From IMG/VR virus record IMGVR_UViG_3300002307_001710, positions 1 to 30,623 of that record: a DNA stretch of 30,623 bases, one strand, 5' to 3'. A model generated the notes under the pieces. It was given only the letters and a program-made list of their open reading frames with translations. It made no database searches and was not told where the DNA came from. Origin of the DNA: a virus. Its lineage: Duplodnaviria > Caudoviricetes. Both the position numbers and the translations under genes were made by a program. Each line of letters opens with the position of its first letter. The first letter of the stretch is position 1. Below, piece after piece: positions 16,736-28,464 of this stretch.

Positions 16736-19700
16736 ATGTCACTACAAACAATCGATATTGGTGTTGCAGGGAATGACGGTACTGGTGATAGTATCCGTGA
16801 ATCATTCCGTAAAACTAATGACAACTTTTTAGAATTATATGCTGTACTTGGATTAGGAAAACAAATTAGTTTTTCTTCGTTAAGCGATGCACCTGTTTCA
16901 TATTTGGGTAATCAAATCATCGCTGCAACAGCCGATGCTAAAAGTTTGGCTGCAAAAACAGTTATCGGTGGTACAGGTATTCAAATTGCTAATACTAATT
17001 CTACGTTAACCATTACTTCAACAGCAGCAGGGGTAGCTGGTGATACTCGCCCAACCTTAACAGCACCATTAAATGCAGCAGGATTTCCAATTGGTGCAAT
17101 ACCTGATCCAAGTCAACCATTAGTTGAGTTGTTTAATGCGTTGTATGGTGATACTACTAGCATTACTATAGATCAAATGGCTATTTCTAAAGGATATGCT
17201 GATAACAATTACCTTAAAGTTACGTCATTAAATCAAGTATCAGGACCCCTTAGAGTAAGAGCACAGCCATTGGTTCCTCAAGTCGGAGTCCAAGATTATG
17301 ATTCAACATTAACTAGTAATTATTTGTCAACCGAAGCGATGCAACGTAAAGATGTTGTATACCGCGGCGGTGACGAAATGAGCGGAATTTTGACATTAAG
17401 TGATCATCCCGCACCGTTGTCTGGCTACGGTTCGCCAACCGGACAATCAGACTTACAAGCAGCAACTAAATTTTATGTTGACAACAGCACCTTTGCTAGT
17501 GGTATTAACTTATATGTTTCTACTACTACTGGCGATGATTTACAACAAAGAACACCAGCAGGAAAAGAAGGAAGATTTTGGCAATATGCTTATAAATCAG
17601 TCGGTGCTTCTGTATTGGCTGCGGATACTTTAATTAATCTTTCTCAACAAGAACCAGGTCCGTATCAACAATTAATTTCATACACGCTCGGGCCAGACAA
17701 ATATTTTTCGTCTACATACCCCTCATCTAGCGGATATCGTGTTAATGGTATTCAGGTAACTGGCGGTAATAGCGGAGATATCGGTTATCAGTCTGCTTTC
17801 CAATTATTACAGGCCAATAGAACATTTATACAGAAAGAAACTATTGCATATATTAATAGCAAATATGTAAATCCATTTACATACGATGTTGCGAAATGGC
17901 AACTCGATATTAGTAATATCTTAGATGCAGTCGGCTATGACTTAGTTTTAGGAACTACTTATAATACAACAAGGGCTGCATCTGCATATTTTGATGGGGC
18001 TGCAATCAATATTACTAATGAATTGGTTCAAACTATTGAAGCAATCAAATATATTAAAAATACAATTCTTGGTTATGAATACAACAGTATTGCATTAGAA
18101 ACATATGTAGGAAAAGTCATTGAAGCAATTTGTTACGACTTGATCTTCCAATCAAATTATCAAAGTACACAAGTAGCGTTGTACTTTCCATACGCAAACA
18201 CTGATCTCAGTAATACTCAGATAATTGCAATTATTACTGATCTTCAAAATACATTGTTCGGTATTGCTGCTACACCGACGATTTCAAATGCAACTGTAAC
18301 TAGTACAGTTAGTGGACAAATTAATCAAAATACTGTTACTGTTTTAAACAATACCGGATTAGTGATCGGTATGAATGCTTCTGGAACTGGAATTGCGTCT
18401 GGAGCTGTTATTACAAATATTAATAGTTCTATTATTACATTAAGTATTAATAACTCGGGGCCAGTTAGTGGACCCGGTACATTTGGTACAAATGCTATTA
18501 ATGTTTCAAGTGCCAGTAACATTGCAGTAGGACAAAATGTAGCAGGAATAGGAATTAGTACCGGAACAACTGTACTTAGTGTCGTCAATAATGTAGTAAT
18601 TTTAAGTTATACAGTTACTTCGTCATCAATTAGCGGAACCGGCCAATTCTCAGTTTCTGCAATCTTGAATAGTCCGACAATACCGGCGGCTGCGGCTACA
18701 TCGGTGTCAGTTAACTTCAGCAATATTATTAGTATTATTACAACTGGAAATCTTCCAACAATAGCATTTCCACCGTTAGCATTGACTAATTCAGGTGCAA
18801 TTTCTGCAAAAATCTTATTATTGAATAATTTATCATTCCTACAGGCAGAAACAATTGCATATTTGGGTTCTAACTATCCAACTCTAAGTTATAGCAGAAC
18901 AAAATACAAAAATGATATCAAGTACATTGTTTGGAGTTTAATTTATGACTTTACTTACGGTGGTAACAGTCAAAGTGCATATACTGGATTAAACTATTGG
19001 AACGGGAATGTTGAAAATATTGCAGCAGACGAAGTAGCCCCGATCATTGATGTATTAGGATATATTAATACACTAATGCAAAATATTGTTACTAATACAT
19101 CGGCAGCGACTGTATATCAAACAACAGTCATTCAATATGTTAATTTATCTTATCTAAATGGCAGCAATGCTGTTACGTCATTCAGTGCAAATATCGGACT
19201 TATTAAAAATTTAATTAATAGCAACTTATATTCATATGCAACCGTTCTTCCTACTGTTTCAGCCGCAGATTCAAATCTACAAACAGTTAGAACTTCGATA
19301 CGGGCTAATGAAAATAATTATAAGACAAATGCAAACACATATGCAATTAATAACTTCCCGATTATTACTGATTCGGGCGTATTAACTACTATAACAAATT
19401 TATTTGCAATTATTACTAATTTATTATCATTAGGAATTAGTTCAAGATCAACGCCGGCATTTACTAATCCAAGCGGTTTAAATTCTGGGTATAGCGATGC
19501 GAGAACGTTATTATTAAATTCAACTAACTTAAATTTCATTACTGCCGAAACTAATGCGTGGATTGTTGCGAATAACCTATCATTACCAAGCGATTACGAT
19601 AGTTCGAAAAGCGCACGTGATTTAACATACATTATCGAAGCAATTTGTTATGATTTCACATATGGTGGAAATGCTGCTACTACATATCTTAGCGGGAAGT

Positions 19701-22700
19701 TATATGCAAATCTTGCGGTTGATTTAGTCAGCATATTCACTTCGGCAATAACTTTTGCACAAAGTTTAGCAACTTTAATTGCAACAAATACATCACCGAG
19801 CATTCATTATTCAGCGGCGGCACAATATAAAGATGCAACTGATTATCCAAACGGGTCAGTTGCAGTATCTAGTATTAACAGTTTGTTCAATGCGTTAATA
19901 TCAACCCTTAATACTGGGATCTTACCGACTACTGTATATCCCGTATTATCAAACTATAGCAATACTGTACAAGCGGCTAGATTAGTTATTCTTAACAATT
20001 CAACAACGATCACTAGTAATACTACTGCTTATATTAGTGCAAATTATTCAGGTGGATTTAGTTACAACGAAACAATTTGCTATAGAGATATCGGTTTTAT
20101 TATTGATGGTGTTTCTATCGACATTTTGACAGCAGGAACATATCAGTGTATTAACTCGGGTCGGGCATTCTATAGAAATGCAAGTGCATCTGCAATCGCA
20201 ATAGGGGTAGACCGCGTACAAACAATAGATGGTATTGGGTTTGTGCAAACATTAATAGGGCAGGTGTTAACTCAAACATCTGCAACTCGGTATCAAACTG
20301 TTCAATCACAATATACTAACAACACGTTGACTTCTGCATCACAAGCAATAATCGATGCAAATAACGGCATGACTACGTTGCTTAATATTATTACACAAGG
20401 TTTAGGTGCAGCGCCTACTCCAAGTTTCGGTACAGGATTGTGGCTAGTATCATTTAACAACGGCGGTAATGGCTACGTTGATCAAGGTGCGCCAGGCGAT
20501 GTTAAAATTATTCCTGCAAAAGTATTGGCTGGGTCAACATCCGGCGCATATGGTAGTATTGTAACTTATACCCCGGGGTCAACAACTAATACAATAAATG
20601 ACACAATCGCAGTAAGATTAACTAAGCCCGGATTTTTCCAAACTATTTCAACTACTGCTAGCGGAACCAACGGCACTAACACTATTACTGTAGCAAGCAT
20701 AACTTCCACTAACTTTACAGCGCAAATCGGAATGGGGATAACTGCTTCTAGCGGTATTCCAACCGGAACGGTTATCACTAACATTAATGGACTAGTTATT
20801 ACATTAAGCAAGCCGATAACTGCTACGCTTACTAGTTCTGCTGTATATATCGGGGAACAATTACGATTTGGCGAAACCGTATCTAATCTTAATATCACAA
20901 TTCATATCGAAAGCGGTATTTACTACGAAGATTTTCCATTGAAATTACCGGCAAACGTAACGATCAAAGGTGATGACTTCCGTAGAACAATTATACGCCC
21001 ATTAGACCGAGTGAGCCAAAGCCCATGGCGTAATATTTTCTTCTATCGTGATGCTGTTGTCGATGCATTAGAGATCGGTGTAGTTGACTATAATGGAACA
21101 AACTCTGCTACGAATACTACTGCAACATTGCTCGCAACTACCGGATTAATTACCATTACTCTGTTAAGTGGTCAAGTATCATCTAGTTGGATTGGGCAAA
21201 TTTTTGCCGATAACAATATTAGCAACGGTAATGCTAAGAGGGGCAGGGCAATTATTACATCGGTTAGTGGAAATGAGATGACAGCCACAGTGATATATCC
21301 ATTCCTAGCAGGTAGTATACTTACTTCCGGAAATTGGTTTATCTTCTCTAGTTTAAACTATGGCAGACATTACCTAACTAATCCTTTAGATCCTACTAGC
21401 ACACCGAAAAATAACCAAGATATCGACGTGTTGTTATGTAACGAAGCTGATCGTATTGTAGATATTACTTTCCAAGGTCATAGAAGCTTCTCAATGGTGC
21501 TTGATCCAACCGGTAATGTTAAAACTAAGTCGCCATATGTTCAAAGCTGTTCAACATTTACACAAAGTATTAATGCTAAACAGTTTGCAGGCGGACAATA
21601 CATTGACGCATTTACCGGAAGATTATTTGGTACAATTACCGCTATATCTAATAATGGTTATACTGTAACAGTACAAGGTGGGGTTAACAGCGGATTAGAT
21701 ATTCGTCCTCCTTCTGCACCGTTCTCATTCTATGTCGGTGGTTTCCGTTATCAAGTTGACGATGTTGTAAGTTGGAATTATGACACAGGTACACAATTAG
21801 GTACCGTTGTATTAACTCTCGATGTCGGTACTCCGTATTTGTATGATACTTACGGAAATCTTGTTTACAACCAGACTAAAGCAATGCGAGATATTGGATA
21901 TGTAATCGGTGCTGTAACAACTGACATGGTGTTGGGCACTAATTACCGTTCTATACATGCCGGGTTGGGATATCTAAGACCGTATTCAAGCAATTTAACA
22001 GGTAGTTTAGCAGCACTTACTATATCCAGTATTTCATATGCTGGCACAATAGCAAATAATCTTATTACTAATACTGCTGCACAAACTGCAATTACTACCA
22101 ATATTAATATTATTAATTCAATGATTAACCAGGGAACAACCGGTATCCCTACAATCATATGGACATTGCCAGTAGGCGTAACTATCAGTAACAATCTTGC
22201 TAAAGCACAGGCTATTATTCAGAATAATCGAACATTTATTCAAGCAGAAATTGTGGCATGGATCCAGACAAATTACGTAACAAAATTATATTCGGGATAT
22301 AATTCGTCTATAAGCCAACGAGATATCGGATACATTGTTGATGCGATTACTTACGACTTATTATATGGAGGTAATAGCCAAACTGTCGATAGTGCAGAAG
22401 CATACTGGAGAGGAACAACAAGTTATATACTAGGCCTCGAAGCAATATATGTCGCAGCATATGGTCGATTACAAACTGTACTGGACCAAGTTATTGCTGG
22501 ATCTACTGTGACTGTGTCCGGTGGTAATAATCAAGCTCAAGTTACATCAAATGCTCCGAGCAGCCCAACTACTTACAGCGCAATTACTGATCAATTATGT
22601 GCAATATTAATCGACTATGTTCTTGATGGGACATATACTGCATCATACAGCGGAACATTATCACCGATTTCAATCATTACAACAATTGCATCAAATGGAA

Positions 22701-25700
22701 CGTTTACAACATCATCGGCACATAACATGAATGTTAATGATGCCGTGTTAGTAAACAGTGTAGGTAGCTCGTGCTCAATATCCAACACTACATTAACTGT
22801 AAGCGGAACCATTACAGGAGCGTTTACTGTTGGGCAGTTATTATCAGGAACAGGAGTTGCTGCAAATACTTACATTACCGCAGTTATGTTAGGGGCAGGG
22901 GGGGCAGGGACATATACTGTTAGTATTAGTCAATCAGTTGCTACTACATCTATTACCGGTACAGGAGTATTATATTTTGTTAACGCTACTCCGTTAACAA
23001 CAACATTTACATTATCATTAATACAAGGCGGTACAACATTAACTAACTTTGCAGCCGGAACTGGATTGTCATTACAGGTCGAAACTATCAAGTTCCCAGT
23101 ATTAACAGCACAAGATTCGGGTAAAAAAACAGCATTAGCAACGATTGAAACATCAAGGTTTACGGTTGAATCTAGTGTTATTACCTACTTAAATAACGGT
23201 GCTGGCCAAGCAGTAAATCTAGAACAAGGCGGTAATAAGTCTATGTTAGGAAACGATCACGCCATGCTTAATGACTTAGCATACGGGGTTATTGCCAATA
23301 ACGGTGCATTTAGTGAACAAGTATGTACATTCACTTATTACTGTCATACCGGACACTGGTCAAATAATGGTGGGCAAATTCGATGTGTAGGCTGTTCAAA
23401 TACATTTGGCGATTACGGATTACGTTCGTCAGGATATGATCAGACTGAACTACCAGATTCTATTAATCTGTCAAATGATACTATGCAAACAGCTAGCATT
23501 TATCGAAAAGGTCTGTTTGCATCTTCTGCTACTGCAACTACATTAACTGTATACATTATCGGTTACGAATATACTCCAACTAATGGATCAGAATTAGAAA
23601 TCGATCACGGAGTATTTGGAGGATCGATCACACGTTATGAAATTTCTTCAATTACACACACACTAGTTACGGTTTATGGTCAAAATGTTCTCCAATTAAA
23701 TTTAAGTACAACAGGAGACAATAATACTACATCAACTGGGTTAGCAACTAACTTATATGATGGTCAAATAGTTACTATTAGAGTATTAACAAACATCAAA
23801 TTCTACAATATTGATAACGTAAGACCTACTAGACCGTCAACTGCGTTACAATATTATGCTAATTTAAGTTCAGTATATCGTATTGTTGCATATAATTTAA
23901 CAGAATCGACCGGTGAAATATTAAGCAATAATATTGCTATTTTACAAAGCGATACCTCTTTCTTATATTATCAGCTTGTTACTGATGTTGTTAACCTTAC
24001 ACAACCTTCGCCGAATATCACCCCAGTTACTGCTACATATGTAAGCGGTTCGTTAGGTGCTACTTCAATCGTATTCAATAATGTTACAAACGGCCCTATT
24101 GCGGCAGGGATGTCAGTGTTAGGTACTGGTATTACAAGCGGTCAATATGTTGTTAGTGTATCAGGGTCCGGTAACATTACCGTAGTGTTGAGTTCTGCTA
24201 CCACTAATACTCCAAGCGGAACTTATCAATTCTCAACGTTAACTCAAGGATCTAGAGTAGGTGATACTACAATTGCTGTTACACCAATTGCTGATGGACT
24301 TACAATTAATCAACTTAATACCGGAATTTATATCACAGCATGGTATGGTAGAACATATCAAATAACCAGTTATGTCCCTCCAATACTTAATGCATCGGGT
24401 ATTTTCTTTAGTTGGACTTCGGGAACTTCTACATTGGTTGTATCTAATGTATCCGGAACCATAACTACCGGAATGGCCATTACTGGATATGGAATCACAG
24501 GAACTGTAACTGTTGGTACTATAACTACTGGGGCAACATATACTAATATTGTAGTTAATACATCAGGTGGTGGCAGTATTTCTTCTCCGTCAGGTACAAT
24601 TACGTTCGGAACTGCAAAAAATAGCTACATTACTATAAATCCAATTCCGGTATATAATAATGCAGCTGATGGTACTGCTGTTTCTGCATTAACATTTATT
24701 AGTGCAGTCCCGCAAACCGGAAGTACAAGTGGTTACTTAATAACTTTTGACATTCCTTATAGTAAATTATCAGTATTACCGGTTATCGACAGCGTATTAA
24801 CCGTTGCTAATAATGGAAACACTGGGTATAACGGATCTTATCAAGTTACTAATGTAAATTCGAGTACACTTGTTTCTGTGAGTAGTGCAAGCTCTCTCAG
24901 TATAGGAATGAGTGTAACAACTACAACAGTTGGTGCATATATTCCAACTGGGGCAATTATTACTTCGATAGGAGTCAATCAATTTACAATCAGCCCAGCG
25001 GCATGGATTACTTCTGGTGCAACATTAAATGCCGCTGCGAGCAATACAATTGTTCAGACAATTACTATTAGTAACGTGGGCAGCGGATATACAGTTGCGC
25101 CGACTCTTGTTATTACTAACGGCGGATATAGTATTCAAGCAACCGCAACTTGTACTATTGTTAATGGTGTTATTAATACAGTAACTATAACAAATCCAGG
25201 TTTTGGATATACTAGTACTCCATCTGTTGTTGTATCGGGTGGTGGTGGTGGAATTAATGCAGCATTTACTGTTGTATTAAGTACAATTCCTACTGCTGTA
25301 ACAACAACAAGCGCAGGAACACTTACTAACCAATTACAATTGTTGTATCTATCTGCACCAGGGGTTTATGGCACTGTATATTCAATTTCAGCAAGCGGTA
25401 ATGCTATTGTTTTAAGCTCTAGTGTAGGGTTATCAGCAACTAATCCGATTATATTCACCTTTAGTGGAACATTCGGAAACCTAACTTCTGGTACAACATA
25501 TTATGTATTAACTAATAATACTGCTACTGGATCTATTACTGTTAGTACATCGTCCGGAGGAGGTGCATTTACTCCGGCTGCGAGTACATTAGCAGGAGGA
25601 ACAGTATACACATTCTTTGCTCCCCAATATACATATGGCACTGGTATCACATCATCAGTCGCAGCAGCACCGTCCGGAACAGGACCATATACAGTTGCAT

Positions 25701-28462
25701 TTACTATTGCGTCGTCGTCGATAACAAATGGTGCGTATTATCATGTAACCGGTAGTTCTAATACACTATATAACGGATTCTGGCAATGTACAAGTGCAAC
25801 GTCAGGAAGCGCAACAAGTATTATATTATCATATCCATTAAATCCGGGCACTTTCTCAGGCCCGGTTACTATTACTAAAGAAGTTACTAGTGGAACAAGC
25901 AATCAATACGGTATTGCAAAAGCATTTAATCTAACCAATGTGTTTACTATGAAAGCCGGCTATCCTAGCGGCGTCGGTGGACAAATTATTGTCAAAATTA
26001 GTACATGCCGAGCAACAGGACACGATTTCTGTAATATAGGTACTGGAGGATATAATACTTCTAATATTCCTACTTCTATTTACGGTAACCCAGCATTAGC
26101 GTTCCAACCATCACAACAGATATTAGAAGAAAGTGTAGGACGTTGTTTCTATGTAAGTACTGACGAAAACGGTATCTTCAAAGTAGGTAGATTCTTCCAA
26201 GTTGACCAAGGAACTGGTACTGTTACATTTAGTGCAAGTATTGCATTAAGCAACTTATCAGGATTAGGATTTAAAAGAGGAGTTGTTGTTAGTGAGTTCT
26301 CAACAGACTCTACAATGGTTAATAACGGTACTGACATTGTTCCTGTAGAATCAGCTATCAGAAGTTTCGTCGATTATAGGTTAGGATTAAATTATAGCGG
26401 TGGGCAGTCAGCGATCTTAATTGGCCCAGGATTCCTACCATTAGACGGCTCGTTAAGTATGAAGAAGTCATTTAATATGAACTTCAATAATATCTATAAC
26501 GTCGCTACTCCAGTTAATACCAACGATGCTACAAATAAAACTTATGTTGATACATTAGTAGCAACATACAACGGATTATCTAAATTAATCGATGTTACAT
26601 TTACTTCATTAACTGACGCAAATCAAATAGTTTACAACGGAACCAGTAGCAAATGGGTCAATACTGCTCTACCATCCGGAAATGTTAATATTACATATAG
26701 CGATTTGACTAATACATTGACTACAACTATTCAATCTAATGTAGTTGTTAATTCAATGGTGAGTTCAAGTGCTGCTATTGCTCAAAGTAAACTAAGTTTA
26801 AATTCTGCTACTACTAGAGCAAATGCAACTAATATTACTCAAGCAAACCTTGGACTAGCTAGTTTTGATTCAACGTACTTTTCGGCATCTTCGGGTTGGA
26901 TTAGTTTAGTAAACGGTTCACTTAGCATTGGGAATTTAAGTGCGATCGGTAATGGTTCAATTGTTGCGAACTTTAGCGGTGGTAGTGCAAGTCCACAAGA
27001 GGTGACAGCACAAGCTGTTGTACAGAATGGACTTACTCAAGTATTCGGTGCAAGTGCAGGTATAGTTACGTACGGCGGATCATTAAACTCTACGTCTCTT
27101 ACTTCGGTTACAACCACTGGGTCACCGAACAGTTTAGTTAAAACTGATAGTAACGGATATATTAATGTCGGGCAAATATCACTCAATAGTTATAAGATAC
27201 TAGCAACTTCTGGTACAACTTTACAAGTATACACACCTAGCGGATACAACTTCTTAACATCGGTAGGTAGCACATTAGGAAATACAACTACATCATTTAC
27301 CGGAACTCTTGATGTTACTGGCGGGACATTAAAATCAACTTCATTAACAACCGGTGCAAGTGCTACAAATGGCACAATTATCGGCAATTGGCAGGTGTTA
27401 ACTTCAAGTGCAATAGATTTTTCAAATGGTACATTAAAATCAACAACATTAACTACTGGCACTGGTACTACAGTAGGTTCAGTTGTGGGTAACTGGCAAG
27501 TAGGATCAGGTAGTACATGGGACATATCAAGTGCTACATTAAAATCAACAACATTAACCACAGGGGGAACCACTACACCGGGCACTATTACTGGTGCCTG
27601 GTCTGTTAATGGATCATTATCAATTGGCGGAACTGGCAATTCCATTACTACTACAGGAATTACATCAGGTTCGCCAACTACCGCAGGCACATTAATCGGT
27701 GCTTGGGGATTAACAGGAAGTATGACCGGTATCTGGACATCAACTGGCACCTTAGATGTGACTGCTGGCACATTAAAATCATTAACATTAACTACAGGAT
27801 CGTCGACCACACCGGGAACATTAACTGGGGCATGGAATGTTACAGGATCGTTAACCGGCGGGAACGTTAATGTAGGTACTTCATTAACCGTAACTAGTAT
27901 TACTTCGGGGTCTAGTTCAACCGCAGGATCATTAACTGGTAATTGGTCATTAACAACTGGTAGCACATTAGATTGTACATTGGGCACGTTTAAAACTACG
28001 ACTATTACAACCGGGGCTGATGCAACTCCGGGAACAATTCAAGGCACGTGGAGTTTAATAGGTGCAAGTAAATTACAAGCAACCTACGCTGACTTAGCGG
28101 AATTTTACGAAGGTGATATAGAATACACACCAGGAACAGTATTAGTATTCGGTGGGGATAAAGAAGTTACAACAACTGATATTATGAACGATACTCGAGT
28201 AGCGGGGGTAGTAACAACAGATCCTGCGTATGTAATGAATGCAGACCAAAAGGGCATCAAGGTATGTATTGCGTTGGCAGGGCGAGTTCCATGTAAGGTC
28301 GTTGGAAGAATTAAAAAAGGAGACATGTTAACAACAGGTGCTACACCGGGATTTGCTGTCAAAGCAAGCAATCCTACATTAGGTAGTATTATAGGTAAAG
28401 CGTTAGAAGATAAAGACTACGGCGAAGCCGGAGTAATTCAGATTGCCGTAGGGAGAGCATAA
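16736..28462 (+). CDS. Giant (3908 aa) baseplate-anchored fibre/spike protein
   Basis: N-terminal [25 protein letters not shown] (T4 gp9/gp10-like anchor), [16 protein letters not shown] fibre motifs, pectin-lyase-like [18 protein letters not shown], several repeat families, and a C-terminal YADLAE...GRVPCKV...GKAL intramolecular chaperone. Confidence 0.85.
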   Translation: MSLQTIDIGVAGNDGTGDSIRESFRKTNDNFLELYAVLGLGKQISFSSLSDAPVSYLGNQIIAATADAKSLAAKTVIGGTGIQIANTNSTLTITSTAAGVAGDTRPTLTAPLNAAGFPIGAIPDPSQPLVELFNALYGDTTSITIDQMAISKGYADNNYLKVTSLNQVSGPLRVRAQPLVPQVGVQDYDSTLTSNYLSTEAMQRKDVVYRGGDEMSGILTLSDHPAPLSGYGSPTGQSDLQAATKFYVDNSTFASGINLYVSTTTGDDLQQRTPAGKEGRFWQYAYKSVGASVLAADTLINLSQQEPGPYQQLISYTLGPDKYFSSTYPSSSGYRVNGIQVTGGNSGDIGYQSAFQLLQANRTFIQKETIAYINSKYVNPFTYDVAKWQLDISNILDAVGYDLVLGTTYNTTRAASAYFDGAAINITNELVQTIEAIKYIKNTILGYEYNSIALETYVGKVIEAICYDLIFQSNYQSTQVALYFPYANTDLSNTQIIAIITDLQNTLFGIAATPTISNATVTSTVSGQINQNTVTVLNNTGLVIGMNASGTGIASGAVITNINSSIITLSINNSGPVSGPGTFGTNAINVSSASNIAVGQNVAGIGISTGTTVLSVVNNVVILSYTVTSSSISGTGQFSVSAILNSPTIPAAAATSVSVNFSNIISIITTGNLPTIAFPPLALTNSGAISAKILLLNNLSFLQAETIAYLGSNYPTLSYSRTKYKNDIKYIVWSLIYDFTYGGNSQSAYTGLNYWNGNVENIAADEVAPIIDVLGYINTLMQNIVTNTSAATVYQTTVIQYVNLSYLNGSNAVTSFSANIGLIKNLINSNLYSYATVLPTVSAADSNLQTVRTSIRANENNYKTNANTYAINNFPIITDSGVLTTITNLFAIITNLLSLGISSRSTPAFTNPSGLNSGYSDARTLLLNSTNLNFITAETNAWIVANNLSLPSDYDSSKSARDLTYIIEAICYDFTYGGNAATTYLSGKLYANLAVDLVSIFTSAITFAQSLATLIATNTSPSIHYSAAAQYKDATDYPNGSVAVSSINSLFNALISTLNTGILPTTVYPVLSNYSNTVQAARLVILNNSTTITSNTTAYISANYSGGFSYNETICYRDIGFIIDGVSIDILTAGTYQCINSGRAFYRNASASAIAIGVDRVQTIDGIGFVQTLIGQVLTQTSATRYQTVQSQYTNNTLTSASQAIIDANNGMTTLLNIITQGLGAAPTPSFGTGLWLVSFNNGGNGYVDQGAPGDVKIIPAKVLAGSTSGAYGSIVTYTPGSTTNTINDTIAVRLTKPGFFQTISTTASGTNGTNTITVASITSTNFTAQIGMGITASSGIPTGTVITNINGLVITLSKPITATLTSSAVYIGEQLRFGETVSNLNITIHIESGIYYEDFPLKLPANVTIKGDDFRRTIIRPLDRVSQSPWRNIFFYRDAVVDALEIGVVDYNGTNSATNTTATLLATTGLITITLLSGQVSSSWIGQIFADNNISNGNAKRGRAIITSVSGNEMTATVIYPFLAGSILTSGNWFIFSSLNYGRHYLTNPLDPTSTPKNNQDIDVLLCNEADRIVDITFQGHRSFSMVLDPTGNVKTKSPYVQSCSTFTQSINAKQFAGGQYIDAFTGRLFGTITAISNNGYTVTVQGGVNSGLDIRPPSAPFSFYVGGFRYQVDDVVSWNYDTGTQLGTVVLTLDVGTPYLYDTYGNLVYNQTKAMRDIGYVIGAVTTDMVLGTNYRSIHAGLGYLRPYSSNLTGSLAALTISSISYAGTIANNLITNTAAQTAITTNINIINSMINQGTTGIPTIIWTLPVGVTISNNLAKAQAIIQNNRTFIQAEIVAWIQTNYVTKLYSGYNSSISQRDIGYIVDAITYDLLYGGNSQTVDSAEAYWRGTTSYILGLEAIYVAAYGRLQTVLDQVIAGSTVTVSGGNNQAQVTSNAPSSPTTYSAITDQLCAILIDYVLDGTYTASYSGTLSPISIITTIASNGTFTTSSAHNMNVNDAVLVNSVGSSCSISNTTLTVSGTITGAFTVGQLLSGTGVAANTYITAVMLGAGGAGTYTVSISQSVATTSITGTGVLYFVNATPLTTTFTLSLIQGGTTLTNFAAGTGLSLQVETIKFPVLTAQDSGKKTALATIETSRFTVESSVITYLNNGAGQAVNLEQGGNKSMLGNDHAMLNDLAYGVIANNGAFSEQVCTFTYYCHTGHWSNNGGQIRCVGCSNTFGDYGLRSSGYDQTELPDSINLSNDTMQTASIYRKGLFASSATATTLTVYIIGYEYTPTNGSELEIDHGVFGGSITRYEISSITHTLVTVYGQNVLQLNLSTTGDNNTTSTGLATNLYDGQIVTIRVLTNIKFYNIDNVRPTRPSTALQYYANLSSVYRIVAYNLTESTGEILSNNIAILQSDTSFLYYQLVTDVVNLTQPSPNITPVTATYVSGSLGATSIVFNNVTNGPIAAGMSVLGTGITSGQYVVSVSGSGNITVVLSSATTNTPSGTYQFSTLTQGSRVGDTTIAVTPIADGLTINQLNTGIYITAWYGRTYQITSYVPPILNASGIFFSWTSGTSTLVVSNVSGTITTGMAITGYGITGTVTVGTITTGATYTNIVVNTSGGGSISSPSGTITFGTAKNSYITINPIPVYNNAADGTAVSALTFISAVPQTGSTSGYLITFDIPYSKLSVLPVIDSVLTVANNGNTGYNGSYQVTNVNSSTLVSVSSASSLSIGMSVTTTTVGAYIPTGAIITSIGVNQFTISPAAWITSGATLNAAASNTIVQTITISNVGSGYTVAPTLVITNGGYSIQATATCTIVNGVINTVTITNPGFGYTSTPSVVVSGGGGGINAAFTVVLSTIPTAVTTTSAGTLTNQLQLLYLSAPGVYGTVYSISASGNAIVLSSSVGLSATNPIIFTFSGTFGNLTSGTTYYVLTNNTATGSITVSTSSGGGAFTPAASTLAGGTVYTFFAPQYTYGTGITSSVAAAPSGTGPYTVAFTIASSSITNGAYYHVTGSSNTLYNGFWQCTSATSGSATSIILSYPLNPGTFSGPVTITKEVTSGTSNQYGIAKAFNLTNVFTMKAGYPSGVGGQIIVKISTCRATGHDFCNIGTGGYNTSNIPTSIYGNPALAFQPSQQILEESVGRCFYVSTDENGIFKVGRFFQVDQGTGTVTFSASIALSNLSGLGFKRGVVVSEFSTDSTMVNNGTDIVPVESAIRSFVDYRLGLNYSGGQSAILIGPGFLPLDGSLSMKKSFNMNFNNIYNVATPVNTNDATNKTYVDTLVATYNGLSKLIDVTFTSLTDANQIVYNGTSSKWVNTALPSGNVNITYSDLTNTLTTTIQSNVVVNSMVSSSAAIAQSKLSLNSATTRANATNITQANLGLASFDSTYFSASSGWISLVNGSLSIGNLSAIGNGSIVANFSGGSASPQEVTAQAVVQNGLTQVFGASAGIVTYGGSLNSTSLTSVTTTGSPNSLVKTDSNGYINVGQISLNSYKILATSGTTLQVYTPSGYNFLTSVGSTLGNTTTSFTGTLDVTGGTLKSTSLTTGASATNGTIIGNWQVLTSSAIDFSNGTLKSTTLTTGTGTTVGSVVGNWQVGSGSTWDISSATLKSTTLTTGGTTTPGTITGAWSVNGSLSIGGTGNSITTTGITSGSPTTAGTLIGAWGLTGSMTGIWTSTGTLDVTAGTLKSLTLTTGSSTTPGTLTGAWNVTGSLTGGNVNVGTSLTVTSITSGSSSTAGSLTGNWSLTTGSTLDCTLGTFKTTTITTGADATPGTIQGTWSLIGASKLQATYADLAEFYEGDIEYTPGTVLVFGGDKEVTTTDIMNDTRVAGVVTTDPAYVMNADQKGIKVCIALAGRVPCKVVGRIKKGDMLTTGATPGFAVKASNPTLGSIIGKALEDKDYGEAGVIQIAVGRA
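27326..28070 (+). repeat. ~35-aa tandem repeats LKSTTLTTG....GT..G.W
   Basis: ACATTAAAATCA recurs at 27326, 27431 and 27536 (105-nt period) and at 27770, with more degenerate copies up to the chaperone domain. Confidence 0.85.
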
Positions 28463-28464
28463 TA

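Noticed and set aside
27190-27987. 265-aa minus-strand ORF
   Set aside because: Antisense shadow of the Thr/Gly repeat region; its Val/Pro-rich content mirrors the sense codons.
16736-28462. Intein or intron in the giant gene
   Set aside because: No intein splice motifs or homing endonuclease signatures were recognised, and the frame is uninterrupted.
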